Below are positions 41,663 through 56,262 of a DNA stretch of 64,000 bases, one piece after another. Numbering within the stretch: the stretch's first letter is position 1; each line of letters opens with the position of its first letter. Below the pieces are notes generated by a model that saw nothing but the letters and a program-made list of their open reading frames with translations, made no database searches and was not told the origin of the DNA. The stretch is from Octopus vulgaris (taxonomy: Eukaryota): NCBI GenBank assembly GCA_951406725.2, contig OX597829.1, positions 13,888,001 through 13,952,000 on the forward strand, written 5' to 3'. The position numbers and the translations under genes were made by a program.

Positions 41663-41890
41663 GGAAAGTTTACGAAAATAAACAAAAGACGAAGGCAGGT
41701 GGTGTACAAACAAACAAATGTATTAGTATAGCGCTCAGGAATAAAAAGTCTTTTACGTTTCGAGCCTACGCTCTTCTACAGAAAGATACACAGAAAAAAA
41801 CAAGGAGAGAAACAAGGAGTGATAAAAAAAGGAGAGAAAAAAGGAGGGTAGAAATTAAATTTTAATTTTTTTACCAGTGGCTAGCGTGAG
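41660..41890 (-). repeat. Best-preserved copy of the variant-HHR repeat (HHR 41749-41786)
   Basis: TCTTT-CTGTAGA-A-GAGC gtag GCTC-GAA-AC-GT-A-AAAGA. Confidence 0.7.
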
Positions 41891-41914
41891 TAAAAATGTC
41901 CGTAGACTGAAAAT

Positions 41915-42085
41915 ATTATTATATTATCTGAGTGTATAAGAGTTATACACTGAGGGCAACCCACTAAGCCAAAAGAAAAATAGCTTTTTCGTGGTGTGGG
42001 ATTTAGCTCCCATTTCTAGCGTGATGGAAAATCACATAGTGGCTTTCCCTCAGTGTATAACTCTTATACTCAAATATAATATTAT
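41915..42085. mobile_element. MITE-like element with ~40-bp terminal inverted repeats
   Basis: tataagagttatacactgaggg ... ccctcagtgtataactcttata. Confidence 0.65.
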
Positions 42086-42722
42086 ATACGAGTTTGTTAG
42101 TGCCTAAATTATATATATAATCACTTCAAATACGTTAAAATAATTTAATAAATATCATTTGTATCACGCAGAATTACTGAAGTCAAGAGACTCACAAGCG
42201 GATTCAAATTGAGTTTCATGGAAAAAAAAAAAAACGCGCAAATTTCTAAATATACACAGAACATGAAATAAAATGTTACGTTATTCTCTGTATATTTTCT
42301 GAGAAAACATCACGTTACTTTTGAAAGACTGTATCAATTTACATAATTAGTATTTTGAATTGTTTTTCTCTAATCTGTTAAACTTTCAACCGTTTCAATA
42401 CTTGAAGGTATAAAATATTCCTTATTTGATATTTGTTGTCTTTGGCTGGGGTTGTTTGGGGATTTTTTAATTTTTTTTTTTAGCTAAACAGACCCAAATT
42501 CATATACAATGGCATGTCTTATGACATTTTATCTAGGAAATATGTGCGTAAATCTGTGACAACACATTGAATGTATAAATGTATAGACGTTTACACCAAT
42601 ATATTAACAAATATAATTTATACATACGTACACACACACACATAGAACCACACACACATATACACATACACATATACATATATATGTATATCTATGTACC
42701 TCTACCGTTCTATCTTTTGTAC

Positions 42723-42774
<52 letters not shown>

Positions 42775-42776
42775 TG

Positions 42777-42837
<61 letters not shown>

Positions 42838-43830
42838 TGCATACGTACAAATATATATGTATAAACATACAGGCATATATACATAAGTATGTGTGTATGT
42901 GAGTTTGGTGGGGATGTGTGTGTATTATTGGGAATTGTCTTTGGGATAAACCGCATTTGCTACAGGAATGGAGTGGAATTTAAAGAAGACGAAAAAATAA
43001 AAGGAAGAATTTCAATTAAATAAATTCCCAAAATAATGATTTTTGAAACTCTGGCAGAAGACAACTAATTCCCAGCATAATAGAAATAATAGAATAACAT
43101 TATGTTTGCTAATTAAATTCGTTTCTGGGATTTAATCTGACATTGAATGGTGAATAGGTTTTATATTTTAAAACTAATTGTTATGGTTGTTGTTGTTAGC
43201 GGTGGTTGTGCTGTTATTGATGTTGCTAGTGCTGGTGCTGGTGGTCATAGTGGTGGAATCGGTTGCGGCGGGGCTGCTGCTACTGCTGTTTACTGTTTGT
43301 CAGTTCTGCTTGAGCAGATCTCTCATCTAGGATTAAAAGCATTCCAGCAGTGACCATCACAACTGTTTGTATTTTAAAAACTAGATATAGCGTGACTGCA
43401 AGTTAGTTAGAGTATAGACTTAAAAGAAAATTCCTTGCAATATTCATTCCAGTTCTTTGTGTTCTTAGCTCAAATCCCACGTTTCGAATCCGGGGCTGTG
43501 GACTGGTGGAATATTCACTACCCAATATTTGGTCCACTTCATTGAGTTTTGAGGTTTTAGGGTGCTAGATTTCAACCGTTGCTTGGTCTAACATTCCAAG
43601 ACCTGCTTTTAAGGTGTTTTCAACAGAGTTCAATCTGTTGGAACTACCTCAAGTTTGAAAAATAACTTCGTCTTACCTGTCTTCCCACATACATACATAC
43701 TTACATACATACATACACACACATATACATACATAAATACATACACACATGCATACATACATACATACATGCATACATACATACATACATGCATACATAC
43801 ATACATAAATACATACTTACATACATACAA

Positions 43831-43861
<31 letters not shown>

Positions 43862-44013
43862 CACACACATACATACATAAATACATACATACATACATAC
43901 ATACATACATACAAACATACATACGTACATACATACGCACATACATACATACATACATACATACATACATACATACATGCATGCATGCATGCATACATAC
44001 ATACATACATACA

Positions 44014-44046
<33 letters not shown>

Positions 44047-44049
<3 letters not shown>

Positions 44050-44308
44050 GGGTGTTTAAAAGTCTCTTTGGAGTGAATTTTTTATCCTGACTCTCTTAGA
44101 GTCAGACTCTCCAAGGTGTATTTCAAAATATGTGTAGAAGAGTTAACTTGTGTATTGAAAATGAAAGACGACACTATCAACACCTCTTATAAAGTGTTTT
44201 AAATCTTTTAAAGTCAACTATGTTCCCTTGTAGTTTTAAACCATCTTAATATATTTATTTTGCAATAACGTACTGATACTGCGGAGAGACGTTTTGAACA
44301 TCCAGTAC
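44047..44308. mobile_element. Degenerate Tc1/mariner-type MITE
   Basis: Imperfect TIRs tagggtgtttaaaagtctctttggagt / actgcggagagacgttttgaacatccagta in TA context. Confidence 0.5.
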
Positions 44309-44316
44309 ATATATAC

Positions 44317-45405
<1,089 letters not shown>

Positions 45406-45410
45406 GTGTG

Positions 45411-45458
<48 letters not shown>

Positions 45459-45710
45459 GTGGAGCTTTACTATAGCGTTGTAAATTTATGATTGCTATTT
45501 CCAATAAACATTGGTGCCTTATTGTATCGTTACTTTATATTTTACTTCTACCTTTACGCTGCTTTATTTAACCGGAAAGCAATACATTTGTATTGCAGTA
45601 TTTTACTTTTCATTAAAAACTTTTTAACTGTTATCGGTTCTGTTAACGGCTCGGCTTTCAGGTTAATATACTGGCCATGATGTAGCAACATTTGACATAT
45701 TGCTCAGGTA

Positions 45711-45785
45711 AATCTAGCTGAAGAAGACTAATCAAATTTACGATAACAAATGTATTTGAAGAATCCGAAACCTGGGTACTAGATT
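45711..45785 (+). ncRNA. Type I hammerhead ribozyme
   Basis: AATCTAG-CTGAAGA-(eroded stem II with tcaaat/atttga)-GAA-ACC tg GGT-A-CTAGATT; 7-bp stem I, GUA triplet. Confidence 0.72.
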
Positions 45786-45947
45786 ATCCAATTCTGGGTT
45801 GTCCATTTATCTAATGTTCTCCTTAGAGGTAAGACGAAAATGTTAATGTTCACTGTCCACACAGGTCTTTGCCAGTATATACTCAGTGAAGCTTTACAAC
45901 AAGGCACCAATGTTTACTGGAAATAGCAGTCGATAAATTTACGACCC

Positions 45948-45979
<32 letters not shown>

Positions 45980-48388
45980 CGTTTAAATATTTGTTGTGCA
46001 AGATTTTTTATGTGAAGTCGTGTGTTTAAACAGATATTGTTATATTTCGGAATGGTCATTTTGCCATTTCAGCCAATAAAAACACACGTACTATATATTT
46101 GGTGTTATTTTGCTTCAGTGTTATTTATTTTTTACATTAATCTTAATCTTATTTCGGCCAGAATTCTTTCGTCACACTCCTGTGACCGCATCAGTGGTCT
46201 TTTGCTTTCTTCTTTCTTATTTGTGTGTCTCTCCTTACTAACCGTCAGCCATTTTGTATTTCTATTGTATGTCTTCATTTGCGCATGCTTATATCTCTAT
46301 GTGCGTCTATGTTTATTTAGTGTGGGGGGGATGCCTGTAATATTTGTATCTTCTGTTTATATACGTTCATGTAATTTGTTTTTGTTGTTGTTGTTTTTGT
46401 TTATTCTTATTTTGTTCATGTGTTTACATTCACTTATTATTATCATTACATATGCTTGTATGTATGTATGTATAACAACAATACTAGTAATAATAATAAT
46501 AAATCGAGTCGAAAAAATATATATATATAGTTATTTATTTCTATTTGTTTATTTATCTGTGTATTTATTATGTTTTCGGGATCCTCTATCGTCATATGTT
46601 GTGGTGTGTGCTAGTGCTCCATTCTAGTTTCTATTCAGTTTTCTATTCAGGCTAGGTTTATTTTCTATTATGTGTGTAGCTTCTGTGTGATTGTTACATC
46701 TGTTCTATGTGTGGACAATATTTTAATTTCTATATTGTTGATTGATCCCCCGTGTTCCTGTTCGGCGTGTTGGTACAGAATCGATGAGCTTTTACCTTCC
46801 TTGAGTTGTCTCCAATGTACATTTACCCGCTCTCCTATGCTTCTTGCCGTTTCCCCTACGTATGTCGTTGTCTTGTTACTGCATCGTCCCTCTATATATC
46901 TTGTACTATAGACTACATTTCTGGCTTTACAGTTTGTTTGTGGGCCAAATCTACATACAGTACAGTACTTATCCGTACAGGGGGTTCTACTAAAAGGATG
47001 GGTTCTAACAATTATAGATTTGATAGGGTTCCCTGGCTTTTCAACAACCTTAATTCCTAGCTTAAGTTTGTCTAGGGTCCTTCTAAAGCGGTACGCCAGT
47101 TCACCTCCAGGGGTGGTGTCAACGAACATGACACTCTGGTATTTATGGCTATCATACCAAGAGTTGGTCTTCCGTATTTTCTTTTTGTCCTTTCTATAGT
47201 GTTCCATGACTTGTTCCTATAGAGTGGGCAAATCCCATTCCTATCATTACATAATATATTATCAAATTTCTTCATGGCTCCTTTGTATACTCTGATACTT
47301 TCTTTATGGCTGTAACCTGAGAACTGCATGCGGTGAATGAAATATTGTATGTGTCTCTTTAACTCTTTGGGCTCGCACATGCGTGACAGATTTTTCATTA
47401 TTCTGACGAGATCTGCCATCAAAATATTGAATTTGGCATTGTCCGCAATGACTGAGTTCCGGTGGATCAAGTATTTTGAAGCCATAGGTTTGGCATAGTA
47501 TGAATGAAGAATTTGGGTTTTATTATTCACAATTTCTAGCCAGAGTTCAGTGTCTAGTACTGGTAGTCTATTGTTGGGGTGTTTAGTGGGGTAATCTATT
47601 GTGACCTTAATACTCTAGTGGATGGAGTTAGCTATTTGCTGGATGCTCTCCATAGTATTAGTTTCTATTACTATATCAACATTACTCTCTTGTGGGGGTG
47701 CCTTTACCACTATGTTGATATCATCAACATAGCGAGAGTACATGTTTACGAGTATGGAGTTCTGTATTAGGCGTTCTTTAAGCCTTCTGTCCCACCATAC
47801 CATGAAAAGGTTGGCTACAACACCAGCGATACTAACGCTGATGGCTGCCCCCTCGTCCTGGGCATATATTTTGTTGTTAAACTTAAACGTGTGGCCTTTT
47901 ATATATATATATATTTTCGATTCGATTTATTATTATTATTACTAGTATTGTTGTTATACATACATACATACAAGCATATGTAATGATAATAATAAGTGGA
48001 TGTAAACACATGAACAAAATAAGAATAAACAAATACAACAACAACAAAAACAACTTACAGAAGATACAAATATTACAGGCATGCCCCCCCCCACACACAC
48101 ACACACTAAATAAACATAGACGCACATAGAGATATAAGCATGCGCAAATGAAGACATACAATAGAAATACAAAATGGCTGACGGTTAGTAAGGAGAGACA
48201 CAAATAAGAAAGAAGAAAACAAAGGAGCACTGATGCGGTCACAGGAGTGTGACGAAAGAACTCTGGCCGAAATAAGATTAAGATTAATGTAAGAAATAAA
48301 TAACACTGAAGCAAAATAACACCAAATATATAGTGCGTGTGTTTTTATTGGCTGAACTGGCAAAATGACCATTCCGAAATATAACAAC

Positions 48389-48390
<2 letters not shown>
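45980..48390 (-). mobile_element. Penelope-like element, 3' half, with 3' pLTR and inverted 5' pLTR
   Basis: SRYVDDINI, HSYYAKPMAS, RMQFSGY, NVVYS..YVGETARSIGER (46668-47890); 46035-46520 is the reverse complement of ~47905-48390; HHRs at 46156-46199 (-) and 48225-48268 (+). Confidence 0.92.
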
Positions 48391-48439
<49 letters not shown>

Positions 48440-49339
48440 CATATATATCCGTATATATATATACATATAAACATACTCATGTATGTACGTATGTATGTAT
48501 GTATGTTTGTATATATGTATGTATGTGAGTGTGTGTATGTATGTATGTATGTATGTATGTATGTATGTATGTATGTATGTATGTATGTATATATGAATGT
48601 ATGTATAGACCAAAGCGTTTATATTTGGCATTTTTTTAACATTTTAATAAACTGGATTCGATTTTCTTCTCAAATGGATGTAACGTACCACTATATCAAC
48701 ATAAGAAAAGTTACTTTCTTTATGACTCGGACAAGGAAATCGTTGACTTCCTCCACCATCCATACAAGCTATCACGTAGCACAATAATACATACTTTATT
48801 TCATCAATCATATTCTTTCAAACTTCAAAGTATCTTTCATTTTTATTCAGTTGAGTGAACAGAATTCATAGAATATTTTTGATAAGGGCGACCGAACATA
48901 TCTTAATTGACTCCTCGACTCCGAAATGAAATGCGAAGCATAAAGTGGAACTCCCTTCTGTTAGCAATGGAACAGTCCAAGCGATGAGTCACGAGGCTGT
49001 TTGTCCATTATCGTATCAACCCTTCAGCTAACTTCAAAATTAAAACAAAGGCACATCCAACATTTTAAAAATAGAAAGGTAGAAATGTTTTACTAAAGAA
49101 CAATGAAGCAATTTTTTTTACCTGACATACCAGATTAACCTACATCGTGACAAATAACGCAAAGTAGGGCAGCTCATTACTTCATCACGACCGATTCCGG
49201 AGACAGGACTAGAGTGAATCCAGAATAAACAAAGCATTGGTGCTAATGGCAATGATCCAGCATGGCCACAGACTCTGTTTAAAACCAATAGGAGAATAAT
49301 AGGATAAAGATAAAAAGATAATTGGTTTTAGCATAAGGA

Positions 49340-50195
49340 CAAAACAGAAATGTTTTGGTTGGTGCAGGAAACATTCGATTATTCCGATCTTTCACTTCAC
49401 TGTTACTTAATTTTGATGACCCCGAAAGAAAAAATGAGATGCAAAGTAAATCTCGGCAGGATTTCAATTCAAAATAGAAGGAACTAGAAGTAATACCGCA
49501 AGGCACTTTTCTTGGCGCTCATAATTTTGCCAATCCGCAACTCTAATAATAACAATATTGACTTCCAATTTTGGCACAAAACCCACAATTTTGGAGGAGG
49601 GGATGAGTCGATTACATCGACCCCAGTGTTCAACTGGCACTTATTTTATCGACCACGAAAGGATGACAGTCAGAGAGTACCACGGCGGAATTTGGACTCA
49701 GAACGTAAAGTCGAACGAAATGCTGTTAGACATTTTTCCCGGCGTGCTAACGATTCTGCCAGCTCGTTGCCTTCGCAATAATAATAATAACAATAATAAT
49801 CCTTTCTACTATAGGCACAAGGCCTGAAATTTTGGGAAAGGAGCCAGTCGATTATATCGACCCCAGTACACAACTGGTACTTATTTCATCAACCCCGAAG
49901 TGATGAAAGGTAAATTCGACCTCAGTGAATTTGGAACTCAGAACACAGTGACAGACGAAATACTTATTTCTTTACTACCCACAAGGGGCTAAACACAGAG
50001 GAGACAAACAAGGACAGACAAAGGGATTAAGTCGATTATATCGACTCCAGTGCGTAACTGGTACTTAATTTATCGATCCCGAAAGGATGAAAGGCAAAGT
50101 CGACCTCGGCGGAATTTGAACTCAGAACGTATCGGCAGACGAAATACGGCTACGCATTTCGCCCGGCGTACTAACGATTCTGCCATCGCGCCGTC
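49340..50195 (-). mobile_element. Tandem cluster of about four SINE family 2 copies
   Basis: Repeated ggatgaaaggcaaagtcgacctcggcggaatttgaactcagaac / cggcgtgctaacgattctgcca blocks, partly separated by (AAT)n. Confidence 0.8.
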
Positions 50196-50580
50196 TTATT
50201 TAATAATAATAGCAATAAAAACTTTCTATTCTTTTCCATCTATAAATTAAATATTCTGTCTCATGTTAATATTGCCAAGTCCCAGAAGCCATGCATCATG
50301 TTCATTAATAAACATTTTCACTTATGAAGTCTTTTTCGTTTTCTTTAATGAAAATTTCTGAGTCAATCTTTCAATTTGGAAAGAGTCAATCTTTCAATTT
50401 GGGGCTTCAAAATCTTCAGGTAAGGACACTTTGAGATTGAACAATCGCTCACTTATTTATTATGTACAACACTTGTTTGGTCAGTAATGATTTCTTCAAG
50501 AATACCTTCAATCTCTGACCAACACATGATTTCTCTCCCTTTTTTATTATTTTCAGTTTCTCGCTCTCTTTGTCACTCTC

Positions 50581-50613
<33 letters not shown>

Positions 50614-51334
50614 GTACTTCCTATTCTTACTGTGTGTTATATCTGTAATTAACAGGCGTGGCCTTTTAGAACTTGTTAGTTGCACTCTAACTGCATTGAA
50701 ACGTATTCAGTAATTGATAAGTTGTTAATCTTATCAACTAATATCCTATTTCTTCAATACTAAACATTATACCAAGCATATTATGATAATCGGACATCAG
50801 TCATTGCGAATTTTGAGGAGAAGGATTAACAGTTTAAACAGTAGAGGCTCATGACTGGTGGTAGGAAGGGAATATGTCATATCTAAAACCAAAGTCATGG
50901 CTTGCAAGGGACGACGGGTTAACTCTAGCGCCAAAAACAGGAATGATCCCTATGTTGAGCTTCGTATACACAGTTTCCGTCGATCAAATTTCACTCAAAA
51001 GAACTTGTGCAGGAACTGAGGTTACGATAAATGACTTTAACGATGTACTGTGTACCGTGGTGGTTCCTTCAAGAACGCAGGATATGCAATTCCTGCCAAA
51101 ATGTATATATATATATATCAAATCAAATTCCAATACAAATATTTCAACATTACGAGATACGGCTGAAATAAGTTTATATATAAGCTACATGTAGTTTAGA
51201 ACAATTTGCACTTTTTACACAAGTACCAGGGGTCACCCGACTATCAAATCCGTCACCTCAAGGTTACGAAATATCTTAACTGCAAAACCTTTTCTGTGTC
51301 CACAGAACACCGCTATATCTTTTATCGTTTACCG

Positions 51335-51695
51335 TTTATCTTTCACTTGTTTCAGTCATTTGCTGGGGCAACGCCTTGAAAGGTTTTAATCGAACAAATC
51401 GAGCTCAGGACTTTAAACCAAGTACTTATTCTCTTTTACCGAACCGCTAGGTTACAGGGATATAAACGCTACAACACTAATTTTAAAGCAGTGATGAGGA
51501 GACAAGCACCACACGATCAAAAGTATATAAATACATATATATAAATACGACGGGCTTCTTTCAGTTTCCGTCGACCAAATCCACTTACAATGCTTTAGTT
51601 GGCCCGAGGCTATAGTAGAAGACAACTGCCCAAACTGATACACAATTGGACTGAACTCAGAACCATGTGGTTGGAAAACAGCCATACCTGCGCCT
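51335..51695 (-). mobile_element. SINE family 1, degenerate full length
   Basis: Colinear with 34378-34793. Confidence 0.75.
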
Positions 51696-52388
51696 AAATG
51701 TAATTTTCTTGTTACGAAACCCAAGATTAACAAAAAAATCAAACTTGTTTCGTTCTCGATATCTCACTGATCGGGAAAGAAAAGCCCATCTAAGACAGCC
51801 CTTAAATGATTTTCCTTCCTTACTGCCATAGTAACGGCATAAGAAAAATATCTCTTCAAATAAACAACTTCTCACAAAGCAAACCGAAAAACGGTGGAAT
51901 AATCCATTAACAGATAAAGTGAGATACATTTTCAAAAAATACAAATCATTATTAAGGTTTTGTTTTTATTTACTTTTTATGCCAAAATGTTTTATTAAGT
52001 ACGTTATTACAAAAGATTTCTTAATGAAAATGGAACACGTTAAAAGTTATGGGAATTTTTACTGATTTGTTTGTTAATTTTATATTTTTATTGTTTAGTT
52101 GTTGTTTTCTTTTTCCTTTTATTTTTTGATTTTTATTTCAATTTCAGATAGTTATTGTTCCACGAAACATGAAATACTTTTTAATGTCATTTTTATGCAT
52201 TATATTAGTATATGTTTATCTATTTATGCGTATATGTGTGTGTGTGTAAGGTATATATATATGTGTGTGTATGTATCTATGTACGTATTATGCATATTCA
52301 ATGTATATAACCGTATATGAATAAATATATTTGCATATATATACACACACACACTCATACATATGTATATATATATTTCTGTGTGTGC

Positions 52389-52455
<67 letters not shown>

Positions 52456-52539
52456 TGTATGTATGTATGTATGTATGTATGTTTATATATATATGTATGT
52501 ATGTATATGTATGTATATATATATATATATGTGTATATA

Positions 52540-52601
<62 letters not shown>

Positions 52602-53029
52602 CGTATACATACATATATACATATATAGATATATATAATGAGAGAGCGAATGAAAAAGAGAAGTGAGAAAGCGTATAAAGATCTTAAATGCTTTTTTGTT
52701 CCTTTTCCTTGTTTTAACTTTTACGTTCTATCAACAGAAAATTTTAATAAAATTCTTATTTCTACTTTATGTTTTTCATTTAAATGGTTTCATCGTAGTC
52801 ATTATAGGGTAATAGAAACTAGAATTACACAAATACATACAGCGACATGTATGTATGTTTATACGTAAATTTGTTTATGTGTGTGTGTGTATATACGTAT
52901 GTGTGTGTGTATGTGTGTGTGTGTGTGTGTTTGTGCGTATGAGTGCGTATGTGAATAAGTATGTTTATGATTTAATATACACACGTTAACACAGTTCTAA
53001 ATCTTATATATTTATAATCAGTATAATGT

Positions 53030-53331
53030 CTTAATCCTAGTTCCTCCTGTTCTCCGCAGAGCATCTGGTGTCAAGTGATCTTTATCCAGCTTGTTCGAAA
53101 GCACCGTCAAGCATCTTCTAGGCCTGACGCAAATCTATCATGTCTTCAAGGGCCTTGACGAGCCTGCCTCTTTTCCTCCGCTCCATCTCTGACTTCTACC
53201 CGAGTCAGACTCTCATTGATCTCTGCGTTGGCTGGCGTAACGTATGCTTGAGCATCTCGTGCCATCTTACGGTGGTGGTATCCTATAAGTTACTAAAGCC
53301 GGTTCTTTTCCATGACTTCGTAATATGGTAG
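53030..53331 (-). mobile_element. RTE-like LINE, extreme 3' end
   Basis: Minus strand ...RRKRGRL..., ends cagatgctctgcggagaacaggaggaactaggattaag; continuous with 55710-56206. Confidence 0.65.
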
Positions 53332-53587
53332 CTGTTCGGCTAGATAAAAATTTGTTATCGTTGATTCGTCCAGCTATATCTTTTATGGATGTGATGTGTT
53401 TAAAAAACAATAAATATTGGACGGATATGAACATACAAACATACATACATGCATACATACATACATACATACATACATACATACATACATACATACATAC
53501 ATACATACATACATACATTCATACATTCATACATACATACACACATGAATGCATACATGCATACATACATTCATTCATACATACATG

Positions 53588-53619
<32 letters not shown>

Positions 53620-55709
53620 CCTTCATTTATTTATTCATACATACGTACATACACAAACATATATACATTCATTCATACATTCATACCTACGTGCAAAGAT
53701 AGATATATATATACATACGTACATACATACATACACAAATACACAAACATATAATTCATTCATTCATGCATTCTTACAAACATGCATTAATAGATAGATG
53801 CATACATACACACACACGTACGCACGTATATACATACATATACACAAACATATATACATTCATTCAAACAAATATACATACATGCACACATATATACATA
53901 CATACATAAATATACACATACAAGTGAAAGAGAGCGTCTATAGACCTTTGAGAAAGAGTTTGCAAATACAATAGCAAAGGTACATTTTCAGCTTCATATC
54001 CATTATTATTGGAGCAACAGGATACATACAAACCCGTCTGAAACAAAGTATGGCTGAAATTGGGTTCCTGAATTCATACATTAAAAATGATCACGAAATC
54101 TTTGTCTAGATTTAAAGGGTAATGGTTTAAAAGAAGATACTTTCTTTCACAACTTTGCTTTCAAGCAGGTGGTCAGTCAAAATTTACTCGAAATTAAGAA
54201 AAGAAAGCGATCATACATACATAAATGCATAGATAAAACAAACACATATAAATATTTCCGTTCAGTTGGAGTAAATAGCAAGGAATTACCCTCCTAGTCG
54301 TCCAATTTAAGAATTTGTGTCGGAAAGTGTCTATTCGCAACATTATACTAACTGAAATAATTTTATTTTTATATCAATACAATGAAACTTTGCCGCCATT
54401 GCTGCCCTCTATACAACCAGCTTCCCTGCCTGTTGTTTACGCGCGCGCGCGTGTGTGTGTATAAAAGGATATATATGTGTATATGTGTATGTTTGTGTGC
54501 GTGTGTGTGTGTGTGTGTGTGTATGTATATTTGTATGTGTATGTGTGTGTGTGAAAAATTAAAAATACCAAAATTTCAATTTGGCAACTATTTTGAGCAT
54601 CTCTCGTCTGCAAATGAACGAGACGAACGCAATTAGCGTGGATCTCAGTTGTGACTAAATGACATTTTGGAAGATTTCACTTGCGGTATAAATAACCTCT
54701 CCTTCACATGTAGTCACTATTCCTATCTTTTATTTGTTTATTTCTACAAGTGATATACAAATGGCACTAACTCACCGGCTAAAGGTAGCCACTGACGGAT
54801 TGTTGGAGTATAGTGAAACCACGAACTTGCAATATTTTTCTTTTTTGTGTGTGTGTGTGTTCTGGTGGGAGAAGTAAATGAAGAAAAATTAACCATAAAA
54901 CCTCAACAGAAAGGCAAGATGTACGCGCAGGTAATGAGACAGCAGTCGAAGTGTGAGAGAGAGAGGGATAGAAAGAGGAGGGAGCGAGAATGGTTGTTGG
55001 GTAGATAGATAAACACAAATACAGATTGATTGACTGATAGAGAAGAAGATAAGCAATAAACCAATGATAATTCATTTTCCGATCGGAATGAGTGGTAGTC
55101 TGAAAATATAAAAATAAATAAAAATTGTACTTGTAGAGTCTCTTTCTGAATTTAACTGTGGTATGGTATAAGTCACTTACAGACTTATGAAACACTGTTA
55201 CCATTAGTTGAGATATTTATGCCGAAGAAAAAAATTGTTATGCAAAAATTACTGAATTGGTACCAACGATCTCCACAAAAATCTAATGTTTCTTTAGTGC
55301 TATTGCTGTTTCCTTTTGTTATAAAGATAGTGGTATTGATTTATTAAAAATATGTGATCATATATGTTTAACCGATCGTAGGTAACCATAATGAAACTTT
55401 GTTGGTTCACCGTAAGTATTACTGTTAATGAATGTGGATTATATGCTCGCAATAAGGGATATAATCGCCGACATTGTGAAGGGTGCATATTCGCCTTTGG
55501 ACACCGTTTGTTTTTAAGGGAACTTCAGGAAAACAAATCAATAACACCTATGACATTAAAGTGACTTTGCTCTTTAACGGAATCGAGAAAAATAATCGCA
55601 ACCTGAGAAAACTTACCCTTTATGTGAAAATAAGGGACAAAAAATTGATATAGCAATAAGCAACTAAATTAAGCGCATGAACAGATAGCATAGAGCTTGT
55701 GCATTATTC

Positions 55710-56206
55710 ATTCCTTCTCGTTTTTGGATCTATTCAAGCAGGTTTTGCGCTGAGATCCATTGTACCCGGATGTTGTCCCCTGCCCTGTGTGGAACTACAC
55801 TGTGGGTACTTGATGTTGTAAACAGTCCACTCCCCCTCATCGTCAGAAGATTCAGACGCTGGAGATCATTGACTTATTCATCAGAGCAGTGATATCGATA
55901 CAATGGAATATCAGAAAGTGATATGGCGAAGAGACTAGGCAAAAAATTGCAGCGGTACTGGAGCTCCATGGAGCTTCTATATTCCAACTCCATCTATTAT
56001 ATTGCACCTATATTTGACCATCGTTATGTCGTCGACATTTTTCGATTGTGACACGCGGAAACACAGCAACAGAATGATAAGAATTACAGATGACTGCCAC
56101 ATGTTTTACCTTAGGACAAGAATGGGAGTTTCTCAATACTACCATATTACGAAGTCATGGAAAAGAACCGGCTTTAGTAACTTATAGGATACCACCACCG
56201 TAAGAT
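55710..56206 (+). mobile_element. RTE-like LINE RT-distal fragment (partner of 53030-53331)
   Basis: Degenerate coding sequence; last 68 bp are an exact inverted copy of 53264-53331. Confidence 0.6.
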
Positions 56207-56227
56207 ATATATATATATGTATGTATG

Positions 56228-56262
<35 letters not shown>

